Notes: generated by a model not told the origin, from the letters alone. A DNA stretch of 64,000 bases from Candidatus Lloydbacteria bacterium RIFCSPHIGHO2_02_FULL_50_18 (GCA_001821395.1 MHLM01000001.1:64001-128000); one strand, 5' to 3'; positions 9,584 to 18,823 are shown, numbered from the stretch's first letter. Made by a program: numbers and translations.

Positions 9584-10588
9584 ATGACCACCGCACAGAA
9601 ACTCCAGATCTTCCTCCTTGTACTTATCCTCGGCTTCCTCACGGGACCTCGAGTGATGCTCGCATTGTCTCGCCTCACACCGAACGATAAGATCACTTCT
9701 CCCGACATCGCACAGGTGGACACAGCAAGTGAGGCCATCAATGTGGCCTCCGCGACCTCAACTGCAACGACCTCTCCGTACGTCAAACTTGATCTTGTCG
9801 GAAAAGGTATCTATGTCTGGGATATTTCTGCGGGAAAGAAACTCTATTCCAAAAATGAACATAACCAGATGCCGCTCGCTTCGGTGACCAAGATGATGAT
9901 GGCAGTTGTAGCAAAAGAATTGCTTCCGGATAACACAAAGATTGCTATCCGCCCCATCGACATTCTCACTGAGGGCAATGACGGATTGTTTGTCGGCGAA
10001 ACATGGAGCTTTGATAAGCTGCTGAACTTTACGCTCATCGCATCGTCTAATGACGGTGCAAGCGCAATCGCCGGAGTCGCAGGAGCAACACTGCCGCACG
10101 CATCCTCAACTGACCCCCTCACGAATAAGCGGCTTTTCATTGAGAAAATGAACGAGAAGGCGCAATCGCTCGGTCTCGGAAATACTCATTTTCGCAACGA
10201 GAGCGGGCTGGATATGGCAAGCCTCACGTCGGGAGCATACGGTTCTGCACGTGACATGGCAATGCTTTTCGAATATGTTTTCCGAAAACACCCGGAACTT
10301 TTCGCACCGACCACCTACGCGCACCTAGATCTCACTTCAGAGAACGACATCGTGCATCATGTCACCAATACCAATCAAGACGTATCACGCATTACCGGGA
10401 TCATAGGCTCAAAAACGGGGTATACCGATCTTGCCGGGGGGAATCTCGTTATCGTCGTTGATATCGGGATCGACCATCCGGTCGTGATTGCAGTACTCGG
10501 TTCAACCGTTGACGGTCGATTCACTGACGTTGAACAATTGATCGACGCAACGGTAACGGAAATAACAGGAAAAACGATTACCAGGTAG
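9584..10588 (+). CDS. D-alanyl-D-alanine carboxypeptidase (peptidase S11, PBP5-like)
   Basis: SxxK 'ASVTKMM', SxN 'SSND', KTG 'KTGYT' motifs in correct order and spacing. N-terminal signal/TM. Confidence 0.75.
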   Translation: MTTAQKLQIFLLVLILGFLTGPRVMLALSRLTPNDKITSPDIAQVDTASEAINVASATSTATTSPYVKLDLVGKGIYVWDISAGKKLYSKNEHNQMPLASVTKMMMAVVAKELLPDNTKIAIRPIDILTEGNDGLFVGETWSFDKLLNFTLIASSNDGASAIAGVAGATLPHASSTDPLTNKRLFIEKMNEKAQSLGLGNTHFRNESGLDMASLTSGAYGSARDMAMLFEYVFRKHPELFAPTTYAHLDLTSENDIVHHVTNTNQDVSRITGIIGSKTGYTDLAGGNLVIVVDIGIDHPVVIAVLGSTVDGRFTDVEQLIDATVTEITGKTITR

Positions 10589-10726
10589 GCATTGATTCGG
10601 TATTGAAATTTCGCATCGCTGTTTGTCAAAAAACATGAAATCCAAAGTGAATATTATGGGAATTAATCAGAATATCGCACAGCATTTTTGTATTACAATA
10701 AAGCAGTGTGAAATTCTACTATCGGC

Positions 10727-11779
10727 ATGATCACCGACGTCATTAAAATACTCGTTCCTGCAGCGCTCGCCTTTTTTATCGGCATCATCATGACGCCGTT
10801 TCTCGCAAATTTTTTATATAAGAACAAGATGTGGAAAAAATCGAGTGTGAAAAACACGATCGACGGCGCAGCTGCCACTATTACGGGAAAATTGCATAAT
10901 GATGAAGCGCGTAAAACTCCGCGCATGGGAGGAATCCTTATCTGGGGAAGTGTCGGTGTTACGATCGGAATACTCTGGCTCCTTTCTGTGTTTTTTCCAA
11001 ATGACATAACCGGGAAATTAAATTTCTTTTCCCGCAATCAAACATGGTTGCCTGTTTTTACGTTGATTGCTGGCGCACTCTGCGGCCTCATCGACGATTA
11101 TCTTGTTTGCCGTGATGCCGGGTCGTACAAAGGCGGGGGATTATCACTGAAAGCGCGATTATTCTTTGTTTTTCTGCTCGGTGTACTCGGTGCATGGTGG
11201 TTCTACTACAAACTCGATGTGAGCAGTATCTTTATTCCATTCTGGGGAGACCTGCACGTCGGTATATTGCTCATCCCGATATTCATCATTTTTACCATCG
11301 GCATGTACTCCGGTGGCATCATCGACGGTATCGACGGATTGGCCGGCGGAGTCTTTGCGTCGATCTATGCAGCTTACGCCGTCATTGCGTTCGCGAACGG
11401 ACAAGTCGACATCGCCGCTTATGCGTCTGTCGTCGTCGGAGGACTCTTGGCGTTTCTCTGGTTCAATATTCCTCCTGCGCGCTTTTTTTGCTCTGAAACG
11501 GGAACGATGGCGCTCACGACGTCACTCGTCGTCGTAGCATTTCTCACCAATGCAGTCGTCGTGCTGCTGATCATCGGGTTTTTGCTCGTAGCAACGAGTG
11601 CATCGAGCGTCATACAGATAGTGTCAAAAAAATATCGCGGTAAAAAAGTGTTCATCGTTGCGCCGTTGCACAATCATTTTCAAGCTCTTGGTTGGCCACA
11701 TTACAAGGTCACCATGCGTTACTGGGTCATCAGTTTGATACTCGCGGTCATCGGTGTCATCATTCAATTGATCGGATGA
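10727..11779 (+). CDS. mraY: Phospho-N-acetylmuramoyl-pentapeptide transferase
   Basis: Polytopic membrane protein with 'GLIDDY', 'IDGIDGLAGG' (MraY/WecA DDxxD-type and DGLDGL motifs). Located directly upstream of ftsW-murG. Confidence 0.75.
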   Translation: MITDVIKILVPAALAFFIGIIMTPFLANFLYKNKMWKKSSVKNTIDGAAATITGKLHNDEARKTPRMGGILIWGSVGVTIGILWLLSVFFPNDITGKLNFFSRNQTWLPVFTLIAGALCGLIDDYLVCRDAGSYKGGGLSLKARLFFVFLLGVLGAWWFYYKLDVSSIFIPFWGDLHVGILLIPIFIIFTIGMYSGGIIDGIDGLAGGVFASIYAAYAVIAFANGQVDIAAYASVVVGGLLAFLWFNIPPARFFCSETGTMALTTSLVVVAFLTNAVVVLLIIGFLLVATSASSVIQIVSKKYRGKKVFIVAPLHNHFQALGWPHYKVTMRYWVISLILAVIGVIIQLIG

Positions 11780-11822
11780 ACGTGATCTTTGGAGATCACA
11801 ACCCCTACTTCGACGGCAACTT

Positions 11823-12959
11823 GTGGACAAGCGAATCGGCGGCGTGCTGTATAATGATGTAATGCAGCAACATCGAGATGTCGATAAAATTTTTCTCGCG
11901 ATCGTGATCGTGCTCATTGGTCTTGGCTTCCTGATCTTTGTATCTGCTTCACTAGGCATATGGGCACAGAACGAGGTTAAATTCAGCAATGGCCTTCTGT
12001 CGCAGACGGTCTTCGGGCTGTGTGGAGGGGCTCTGTCTATGTATCTCGCGTCGAGGATCAGATATCAGGTCATTCGCAAACATGCATTTTGGATATTCAT
12101 TGCTGTTGTCATTCTGTCTATACTCGTATTCGTTCCCGGGCTCGGCATGGAACACGGGGGAGCGAAACGGTGGATCAATTTGGGCATCACCACATTTCAG
12201 CCCGGTGAATTATTGAAACTTGGAGTTATCGTCTATTTGGCGGCCTGGCTTACGCTTTTTAAACGAAAGATCCATTCGCCGCTTTTTGGGATCTACCCGT
12301 TACTCACGGTCTTGGGTATCGCATGCTTCATCTTCATGGCTCAAAGGGATACGGGGAGTTTCCTTGTCGCAGCTTTTGCCGGAACGGCAATGTACATTGC
12401 TGCAGGGGCGCGACTTCGTGACCTGGTCTTTCTCTTTTTGATCGCGATCGTTGGACTCGGACTTCTCGCTGTATGGCGTCCGTACGTACTCGATCGATTT
12501 ACCACACTCTGGCATCATGATGACTTTCAAGGCTCGGGGTACCAGCTTCGTCAATCGCTTATTGCGATCGGATCCGGCGGGCTTGTCGGTAAGGGGTTTG
12601 GGCAAAGTGTTCAAAAATTCAACTATCTACCTGAGGCGGACGGAGATTCTATTTTTGCAGTTGCGGGCGAAGAATTCGGTTTTGTCGGCACGACGCTACT
12701 GGTCATTCTCTATGTTCTTTTCGCACTGCGGGGACTTTGGATAGCCGCACACGCACCGGATGTCTTCAGTGGACTCTTTGCCGTTGGGCTTGTTATACTC
12801 ATTACATCGCAGTCATTCATTAATATCGCTTCCATGCTCGCGATAGCCCCGCTGACGGGAGTACCGCTCGTGTTCATCAGTCACGGCGGAACGGCACTAT
12901 TGGTTGCGATGGCTGAAGTTGGAATTCTCCTGAACATCTCTCGATATAGAAGTGCTTGA
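11823..12959 (+). CDS. ftsW: FtsW/RodA/SpoVE-family peptidoglycan glycosyltransferase (likely FtsW)
   Basis: SEDS signatures 'GAKRWINLG...FQPGELLKLG', 'GSGGLVGKGFGQSVQKFNYLPEADGDSIFAV'. Alternative start at internal Met (11862). Confidence 0.8.
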   Translation: MDKRIGGVLYNDVMQQHRDVDKIFLAIVIVLIGLGFLIFVSASLGIWAQNEVKFSNGLLSQTVFGLCGGALSMYLASRIRYQVIRKHAFWIFIAVVILSILVFVPGLGMEHGGAKRWINLGITTFQPGELLKLGVIVYLAAWLTLFKRKIHSPLFGIYPLLTVLGIACFIFMAQRDTGSFLVAAFAGTAMYIAAGARLRDLVFLFLIAIVGLGLLAVWRPYVLDRFTTLWHHDDFQGSGYQLRQSLIAIGSGGLVGKGFGQSVQKFNYLPEADGDSIFAVAGEEFGFVGTTLLVILYVLFALRGLWIAAHAPDVFSGLFAVGLVILITSQSFINIASMLAIAPLTGVPLVFISHGGTALLVAMAEVGILLNISRYRSA

Positions 12960-13013
12960 ATGTGCGTTATTATTCGTATCATTGCCCGATGAATTAACCC
13001 GTAAGTTCACAAC

Positions 13014-14141
13014 ATGAGAATACTTTTTGCAGGAGGAGGTACCGGCGGACATTTTTTCCCCATCATAGCGGTTGCTGAGGCGGTGAATGAACTCACGACT
13101 AAACAGCACCTTCTTGATATCGATCTTGTCTACATGTCCGATACGCCATTCGACCGCGACATGCTACAGAGGACGCATATGACATTCGTCGAGGTAATGG
13201 CCGGCAAGCGACGTAACTATTTTTCGATCAAAAACTTTGTCGATGTCTTCAAAACGGCGTTCGGCTGCACCGTTGCGGTGTTCAAGCTTTTTTCCCTTTA
13301 CCCTGACGTGGTCTTCGGAAAAGGAGGTTATGCAAGCTTTCCGGCGATGTTTGCCGCAAGATTATTGCATATTCCTGTCGTTATCCACGAATCAGATATC
13401 GTACCGGGAAAGGTCAATCGATGGATCGGGAATTACGCGTCCTATGTTGCGATCTCTTACCCTGAAGCATCGAAATACTTCAAAAACAAAGATCGTATCG
13501 CTTTGACCGGTCAACCAATCAGAAAAGGCATACTTGACGTTCCGGATGAAGATGCGTTTGCGGTGCTTGGTCTTGATCCTGCAATACCGGTGATTCTGGT
13601 CATTGGGGGCTCAATGGGTGCAGAGCGTATTAACGAGAATATCATCGATATACTTCCTCAACTTGTCACTAAATATCAGATCATCCATCAGACCGGTGAG
13701 AATAACATTGAATGGATGAAAAAACGTGCCGAGGGGATCCTTCCGAATGATCCGAATGCCCCTCATTATCATCCTTTTGCCTTTCTTTCGTCCCAACAGC
13801 TGCGTCTTGCGGCAAAGGCGGCAACACTGGTCATTTCACGCGCGGGCTCAGCTATTTTTGAGATTGCGACTTGGCAAAAACCGTCGATCCTTATTCCGCT
13901 TCCGCTTGCGCGGGACGATCATCAACGCGAAAATGCATTTAGTTATGCGCGAGCCGGTGCATGTACGGTCATCGAAGAAGCAAATCTCAGACCTCAGATC
14001 TTTCTTTCGGTGATCGAATCGATCTTTAATGACAAAAGTATGCAAGAGAAAATGATCGAGGGCAGCAAGGCGTTCACAAAGCCGGACGCTGCGGAAAAGA
14101 TCGCGCAGGCCTTGCTTTCGATCGCGACAAAACACACATAA
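13014..14141 (+). CDS. murG: UDP-N-acetylglucosamine--N-acetylmuramyl-(pentapeptide) pyrophosphoryl-undecaprenol N-acetylglucosamine transferase
   Basis: N-terminal 'MRILFAGGGTGGHFFPIIAVA' G-loop. GT28 C-terminal domain. dcw-cluster context. Confidence 0.85.
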   Translation: MRILFAGGGTGGHFFPIIAVAEAVNELTTKQHLLDIDLVYMSDTPFDRDMLQRTHMTFVEVMAGKRRNYFSIKNFVDVFKTAFGCTVAVFKLFSLYPDVVFGKGGYASFPAMFAARLLHIPVVIHESDIVPGKVNRWIGNYASYVAISYPEASKYFKNKDRIALTGQPIRKGILDVPDEDAFAVLGLDPAIPVILVIGGSMGAERINENIIDILPQLVTKYQIIHQTGENNIEWMKKRAEGILPNDPNAPHYHPFAFLSSQQLRLAAKAATLVISRAGSAIFEIATWQKPSILIPLPLARDDHQRENAFSYARAGACTVIEEANLRPQIFLSVIESIFNDKSMQEKMIEGSKAFTKPDAAEKIAQALLSIATKHT

Positions 14142-14151
14142 GCATCTTCAT

Positions 14152-15525
14152 ATGTCTGAACAAACATTATCTACAAAAAAAGTTGTCACGCGTTTTGCGC
14201 CAAGCCCGACGGGCAAATTTCATGTCGGCGGATTGCGCTCGGCACTCTATAATTATCTTTATGCGCGAAAGCATGGCGGTACGTATATTCTTCGCTGTGA
14301 AGACACTGACCCAATTCGATCAAAGAAGGAATATGAAGACTATTTTCTTGAGCTCTTCAAATGGCTTGGAATAGAGCACGATGCCTACTATCGCCAATCA
14401 GAGCGCACCGAGATATATCGTTCATATCTCAATAAAATGATCGCGGAAGGGCATGCTTATGTTTCAAAAGAACAGCCCAAAGAAGAGGGCGGGAGAACGG
14501 AGGTTATTCGCTTCAAGAATCCGAACGGCGTCGTCACATTCCATGATGACGTACTCGGCAATATCTCCTTCAACACGGCAGAGCTCGGCGATTTCATTAT
14601 TGCGCGAGATTTTGACAGTCCGCTCTACCATCTCACGGTCGTCATAGACGATTTTGAAATGGGCGTGACCCACATCATTCGCGGACAAGAACATGTGTCG
14701 AATACGCCAAGACAGATACTCATCCAGGAGGCGATCGGTGCCCCTCGCCCTACTTATGCCCACGCATCGATCATTTTGAATAATGAACGCGCGAAGCTTT
14801 CAAAGCGCGACCCACTTGTACGTCCGGCACTTGAATACCGCGATGAGGGTTATGTCCCGGAAGCATTGCTCAACTTTATGGCACTGCTTGGCTGGAATCC
14901 CGGCACAGAGCAAGAAATATTTTCGATGCCGGAACTCATTCAAGCATTCTCGATTGAGCGCATGCAAAAGCAAGGAGCGGTTTTCAATCCGGAAAAACTA
15001 GAGTGGATCAACAAAGAATACATAAAGAAGATGCACCCCAAAAGACAAATGGCCATGCTCGATGAGTTTATGCCGGAAGCAATCAGGACGCTTCCCGATT
15101 ACAAAGAAAAACGTGAACATCTTGCACCGATACTGCTCGAGCGCATCGGTCATTTTGGCGAGATAAAAGAGATGGTAGCGCAAGGCGAACTCGCGTACTA
15201 TTTCATCCAGCCGGAATATGAAAAGGAAAAACTTTTTTGGAAAGACGAAAGAGACAGCGCAAAATTGATTGAACGACTGGTGCGAGTGAGCGACACACTC
15301 TCCGCCCTCCCTTCTGAAGTGTTTACCCGAGAAGGGATAAAGGAAGCACTGTGGCCGTATGCTGAAAGTGAGGGGAGGGGACAGATACTCTGGCCGATGC
15401 GCTATGCGCTTTCCGGAAGGGACAAATCACCGGATCCGTTTCAGTTGGCATCATTACTTGGAAAAAAAGAGACCCTTGAACGCTTAGCATTTGCGATTGC
15501 GCTCTATCATGATCAGCATGAGTAG
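14152..15525 (+). CDS. gltX: Glutamyl-tRNA synthetase
   Basis: 'RFAPSPTGKFHVGGLRSALYNYL...ILRCEDTD' and 'KLSKRD' (class I HIGH/KMSKS equivalents of GluRS). Confidence 0.85.
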   Translation: MSEQTLSTKKVVTRFAPSPTGKFHVGGLRSALYNYLYARKHGGTYILRCEDTDPIRSKKEYEDYFLELFKWLGIEHDAYYRQSERTEIYRSYLNKMIAEGHAYVSKEQPKEEGGRTEVIRFKNPNGVVTFHDDVLGNISFNTAELGDFIIARDFDSPLYHLTVVIDDFEMGVTHIIRGQEHVSNTPRQILIQEAIGAPRPTYAHASIILNNERAKLSKRDPLVRPALEYRDEGYVPEALLNFMALLGWNPGTEQEIFSMPELIQAFSIERMQKQGAVFNPEKLEWINKEYIKKMHPKRQMAMLDEFMPEAIRTLPDYKEKREHLAPILLERIGHFGEIKEMVAQGELAYYFIQPEYEKEKLFWKDERDSAKLIERLVRVSDTLSALPSEVFTREGIKEALWPYAESEGRGQILWPMRYALSGRDKSPDPFQLASLLGKKETLERLAFAIALYHDQHE

Positions 15526-16810
15526 TTACTTACGAGGATCGCTACTTTTCTCCGTCGCGCTATCGCTCATTATCGTCGCCTCGACGATAACCTTCTCCAC
15601 CGCACTCGCTCAAACGACGCACCTCGACGAACTCAAACAAAATATCTCAACGCGCGAGGATACCATCAAGCAGCTCGAGCAAGAAATCGCTGACTTTAAA
15701 CAGCGATTATCCAATGTTGATAGTCAGAAAAAAACGCTTCAAGGAGCATTGCAGACGCTCGATCTTTCACGTGCAAAACTGAGCAAAGATATCAGACTGA
15801 CGCAGATGAAGATCGAGAGAACAAATGATCTTATCTCCGAACTGAACGGAAGCATCTCTCAGAAGCAACTCAAGATCGAAAAAAATAAGACGGCGATATC
15901 GGATATTATTATAAAGATCGACAGAATTGATGCGAATACGCTCGTTGAGGCGCTCTTGTCGAACGATACTATCTCTTCTTTTCTTGAAGATGTCGACAAT
16001 ATGGAGAAACTCCAAGCCTCTATTCGGGATAACATCAAGAGTTTGGAACGCCTAAAATCAGAACTTGGCGGAACAAAGACATCCTACCAGTCGGAACGAA
16101 AGAAATTAACCGGACTCAGCGCGCAACTTTCAGACCAGAAGGAGATATCAGACAGTGAACGCAAGCAACAGTCTGCGCTTCTTCTTGTGACGAAGAATCA
16201 GGAATCAAACTACAAAAAACTTCTGGCAGACCGTGAAGCCCGAAAAAAGCAATTTGAACAGGAGATCAACGACTTTGAAGCGCAGCTACGCGCAGAGATC
16301 GATCCAAATAGTTTTCCCACACCCGGCACAAAGGTCTTCGCATATCCGCTCGATGAACATTTCATCACACAAAAATTCGGGAAAACAGTCGACGCGCAAC
16401 GACTATATGTATCCGGAACGCACAATGGAACCGACTTTCGTGCAACGCCGGGTACGATCATTAAGTCAGTCGCAAACGGAACGGTGACGGCGACCGGGGA
16501 TACGGATAAAACGTGCCCAAATGCATCATACGGCCGCTGGGTGCTCATAAAGCACCGAAATGGCCTTTCGACCCTTTATGGGCATTTAGAGCTCATTAAG
16601 GTTCGTGCAGGACAGGAATTGGAGCAAGGAGATACGATCGGCTACAGTGGAAATACGGGGTATTCTACCGGGCCACACCTACACCTCACTGTCTATGTCT
16701 CAAGCGCTGTCCAGGTCACCCAACTTCCGAGCAAATCATGCAGGGGCGCGATCTTTACTATCCCGGTTGCCCCTCAAAATGCATATCTTGACCCACTGGC
16801 ATATCTTTAA
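15509..16810 (+). CDS. Coiled-coil M23 (LytM-domain) peptidase, EnvC-like
   Basis: N-terminal signal/TM, ~230 aa of heptad-rich coiled coil, C-terminal 'HNGTDFRA...GTVTATGD...YGHLELIKV...GNTGYSTGPHLHL' M23 zinc-binding motifs. Track ORF starts at 15491 overlapping gltX. Internal Met at 15509/15515 more likely. Confidence 0.75.
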   Translation: MISMSSYLRGSLLFSVALSLIIVASTITFSTALAQTTHLDELKQNISTREDTIKQLEQEIADFKQRLSNVDSQKKTLQGALQTLDLSRAKLSKDIRLTQMKIERTNDLISELNGSISQKQLKIEKNKTAISDIIIKIDRIDANTLVEALLSNDTISSFLEDVDNMEKLQASIRDNIKSLERLKSELGGTKTSYQSERKKLTGLSAQLSDQKEISDSERKQQSALLLVTKNQESNYKKLLADREARKKQFEQEINDFEAQLRAEIDPNSFPTPGTKVFAYPLDEHFITQKFGKTVDAQRLYVSGTHNGTDFRATPGTIIKSVANGTVTATGDTDKTCPNASYGRWVLIKHRNGLSTLYGHLELIKVRAGQELEQGDTIGYSGNTGYSTGPHLHLTVYVSSAVQVTQLPSKSCRGAIFTIPVAPQNAYLDPLAYL

Positions 16811-16836
16811 TCATTTCGAGCGAATATAATATAAGC

Positions 16837-16995
16837 ATATGATAAAGCTCTTAATCACATTCGTCATTTTTGCAGGAGTGATCTATTACTTTAATTTAGA
16901 CCTTATCGCACTCGTTAACCGTAGCGGAATACCGGTTTGGCTCGTAGAGCATGGCTATAGCATTCATAAAGAGGTGGCGACGAGCACATTGCCGT
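16837..16995 (+). CDS. Possible 52-aa hydrophobic small protein (single TM)
   Basis: ATG...TAA ORF 'MIKLLITFVIFAGVIYYFNLDLIALVNRSG...' in an otherwise empty 570-bp gap. No clear RBS. Below the track's 60-aa cutoff. Confidence 0.2.
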
Positions 16996-17354
16996 AATTT
17001 CGCCTCTAAAGGTAATTTTGAGCTCGATAAATAAGCCTTAAATATTGTGCGACACGAAGAGTTGAAAAAATACCTGTGAATATTCTCGGTATAGATATCT
17101 TTGAATGGACCCGTGACTATGCGGCGGGTGATGACACCGTCTCCGGTTCAAGATAACAGTTGTATAATGGTGGGATTGTTTCTTTCAAGAGAATTTGAAG
17201 GATGAATATGAAGGCACGGGATATCAAAGGTAATCGAGACGAAACCTGTGGCCGTACCGAGCCGTTCTCAATACAGCATTACGTCGCAAAAGATATATTG
17301 TGCGACGTGATGGCGTAAACAGGAAGAACCCAAGAGACGCCCACTTTCCACTCA

Positions 17355-17397
17355 CCTTCTTTATGTGGGTCTCTGACCTTCTTTATGTGGGTCTCTG
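17355..17397. repeat. Perfect 21-bp tandem direct repeat (2 copies, 1-nt spacer) 'ccttctttatgtgggtctctg'
   Basis: Read directly: copy 1 at 17355-17375, copy 2 at 17377-17397. Abuts/overlaps the stop of the NUDIX gene (-). Confidence 0.8.
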
Positions 17398-17880
17398 TTT
17401 GTTCCGCAAATAAAGTGTCTCTACTTCAACAATTTTCTGTTCGAGCACAATGTCGTCTTTTCCGAAGAGAAATGCTGCTTTGAATTTTTTACGACCCAGT
17501 AAAAGCGGGAACCAGTAGATATCGTCCGGCCACATATCAGCAAAAGGGATCGCATCGACGTGAAACCATTCCGGTAGCATCTCCTCGCTTTCTTCAGGCT
17601 CGCCAACAAAATTATCAGTACGATACACATGCACCTCAAGGAGAACGGGGTCTCCCTCAAATGCAAAATCGATGATCCCAACTTTCTCAAGATCTTTAAC
17701 GAGGATTCCCGCCTCTTCACGCATTTCTCGTATGGCACCTTCCTCGATAGTTTCTCCGGGTTCAACCTTTCCGCCAAACCCATTCCATCTCCCCTTTCCG
17801 AATCCCCGCTTTTTCATTCCTAGCAACACACGCGGATGCTGATGGAGAATGCATAGCGTTAATACTTTTTTTTGATCCAT
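17383..17880 (-). CDS. NUDIX hydrolase (MutT-like)
   Basis: Nudix box 'GGKVEPGETIEEGAIREMREEAGI' (GX5EX7REUXEEXGU). Confidence 0.8.
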   Translation of the reverse strand: MDQKKVLTLCILHQHPRVLLGMKKRGFGKGRWNGFGGKVEPGETIEEGAIREMREEAGILVKDLEKVGIIDFAFEGDPVLLEVHVYRTDNFVGEPEESEEMLPEWFHVDAIPFADMWPDDIYWFPLLLGRKKFKAAFLFGKDDIVLEQKIVEVETLYLRNKQRPT

Positions 17881-17882
17881 TG

Positions 17883-17953
17883 TCGGGCTAGGCAGAATCG
17901 AACTGCCGCCACATGCACCCCATGCATGTAGACTACCACTATCCGATAGCCCG
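17883..17953 (-). tRNA. tRNA-Pro (anticodon GGG), CCA not encoded
   Basis: Hand-folded cloverleaf (minus strand): acceptor CGGGCUA/UAGCCCG 7/7. D-loop AGUGGUA. Anticodon stem CAUGC/GCAUG 5/5 with loop AU-GGG-GU (U33, G37). 4-nt variable loop. T-arm GGCAG-UUCGAUU-CUGCC. Discriminator A. Confidence 0.6.
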
Positions 17954-17959
17954 ATTATT

Positions 17960-18400
17960 TACTTGTTATTGTACACTGAAATCTCAAACTGGTGCATGCA
18001 CACTATCCCGATATTGCATGTAGACGAGCACTGATACAATAGCCCGAAACTTATTACGTTATTTTACACTCATCACGAACCTCGTGCATGCACACTATCC
18101 CGATATTGCATGTAGACGAGCACTGATACAATAGCCCGATGTTTACTCTTCTACTTCAATTCTCCACTTGATGCACCCCATGCATGTAAGCATCCTCGCG
18201 CAAAGCCGCGAGACCATGGGATGCTTTCTCGATACAGAACGAGCCACCGGCTCGCGCTCTGCACAACTCGCTTTCTCCGCAAAGCCTCCGAAATCGATCT
18301 CGAGTAGACGAGCACTGATACGATAGCCCGAACTTACTTTGTTATTTTACACTCATCGCGAACCTCGTTGCGTGCACACTCTATCCCAAAATGCACTAAA
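17960..18400. repeat. Tandem array of ~90-bp degenerate repeats built from tRNA-Pro sequence blocks (at least 3 units plus fragments)
   Basis: Identical 55-bp cores 'tgcatgcacactatcccgatattgcatgtagacgagcactgatacaatagcccga' at 17994-18048 and 18086-18140 (period 92). Diverged unit 18333-18390. Partial core 18303-18330. Exact 18-nt copy of the tRNA anticodon stem-loop 'atgcaccccatgcatgta' at 18172-18189. Cores end in the tRNA 5' block 'atagcccga'. Confidence 0.7.
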
Positions 18401-18435
18401 AATCAAAACTCATTCGGCAAACCGAATGAGTTTTG
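18393..18435 (-). terminator. Rho-independent terminator downstream of the HxlR-family gene
   Basis: 14-bp perfect stem 'caaaactcattcgg/ccgaatgagttttg' with 4-nt loop, followed on the minus strand by 'auuuuuag'. Confidence 0.65.
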
Positions 18436-18493
18436 AGTATATCAGAATTGAAGAAATTTGCGACGGACACGAACGAATGTCGATCTCCACACA

Positions 18494-18823
18494 TCAGGCA
18501 TTCTTTTTTGTAAACGATGCTCCCCAATTGTGCATCACCTTGAGTATGGGCTCGAGTGATCGTCCGAGCGCAGTAAGCTTATATTCAACTCGAGGTGGAA
18601 TTTCCGGATATACCTTTCGGTCAACTATCCCATTTTTCTCGAGGTTTCCCAGTCTCATGGAAAGAGTTCTGGGAGAAATACCAATAAGTGACCGTTCAAG
18701 CTCACTAAAGCGCCGAACACTGCCAACAAGTTCACGTAAAACAAGAACCGTCCATTTACTTCCAATGACCTGAAGCGTTGCTTCTACCGGGGAATGCACT
18801 ACTTTTTTTGAGTATTTTTTCAA
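18494..18823 (-). CDS. HxlR-family (MarR-like winged helix) transcriptional regulator
   Basis: 'LQVIGSKWTVLVLRELVGSVRRFSELERSLIGISPRTLSMRLGNLEKNGIVDRKVYPEIPPRVEYKLTALGRSL' is the HxlR-type HTH pattern. Confidence 0.8.
   Translation of the reverse strand: MKKYSKKVVHSPVEATLQVIGSKWTVLVLRELVGSVRRFSELERSLIGISPRTLSMRLGNLEKNGIVDRKVYPEIPPRVEYKLTALGRSLEPILKVMHNWGASFTKKNA

Noticed and set aside
17960-18400. Repeat tract considered as a CRISPR array
   Set aside because: The repeat core is 55 bp with ~37-bp intervening segments that are themselves similar between units (whole 92-bp unit repeats). There is tRNA-derived sequence and no cas genes nearby. This is a tandem minisatellite, not repeat-unique-spacer architecture.
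18339-18773. 144-aa + strand ORF
   Set aside because: Lies antisense to the well-supported HxlR regulator and runs into the repeat tract. No motifs. A shadow ORF.
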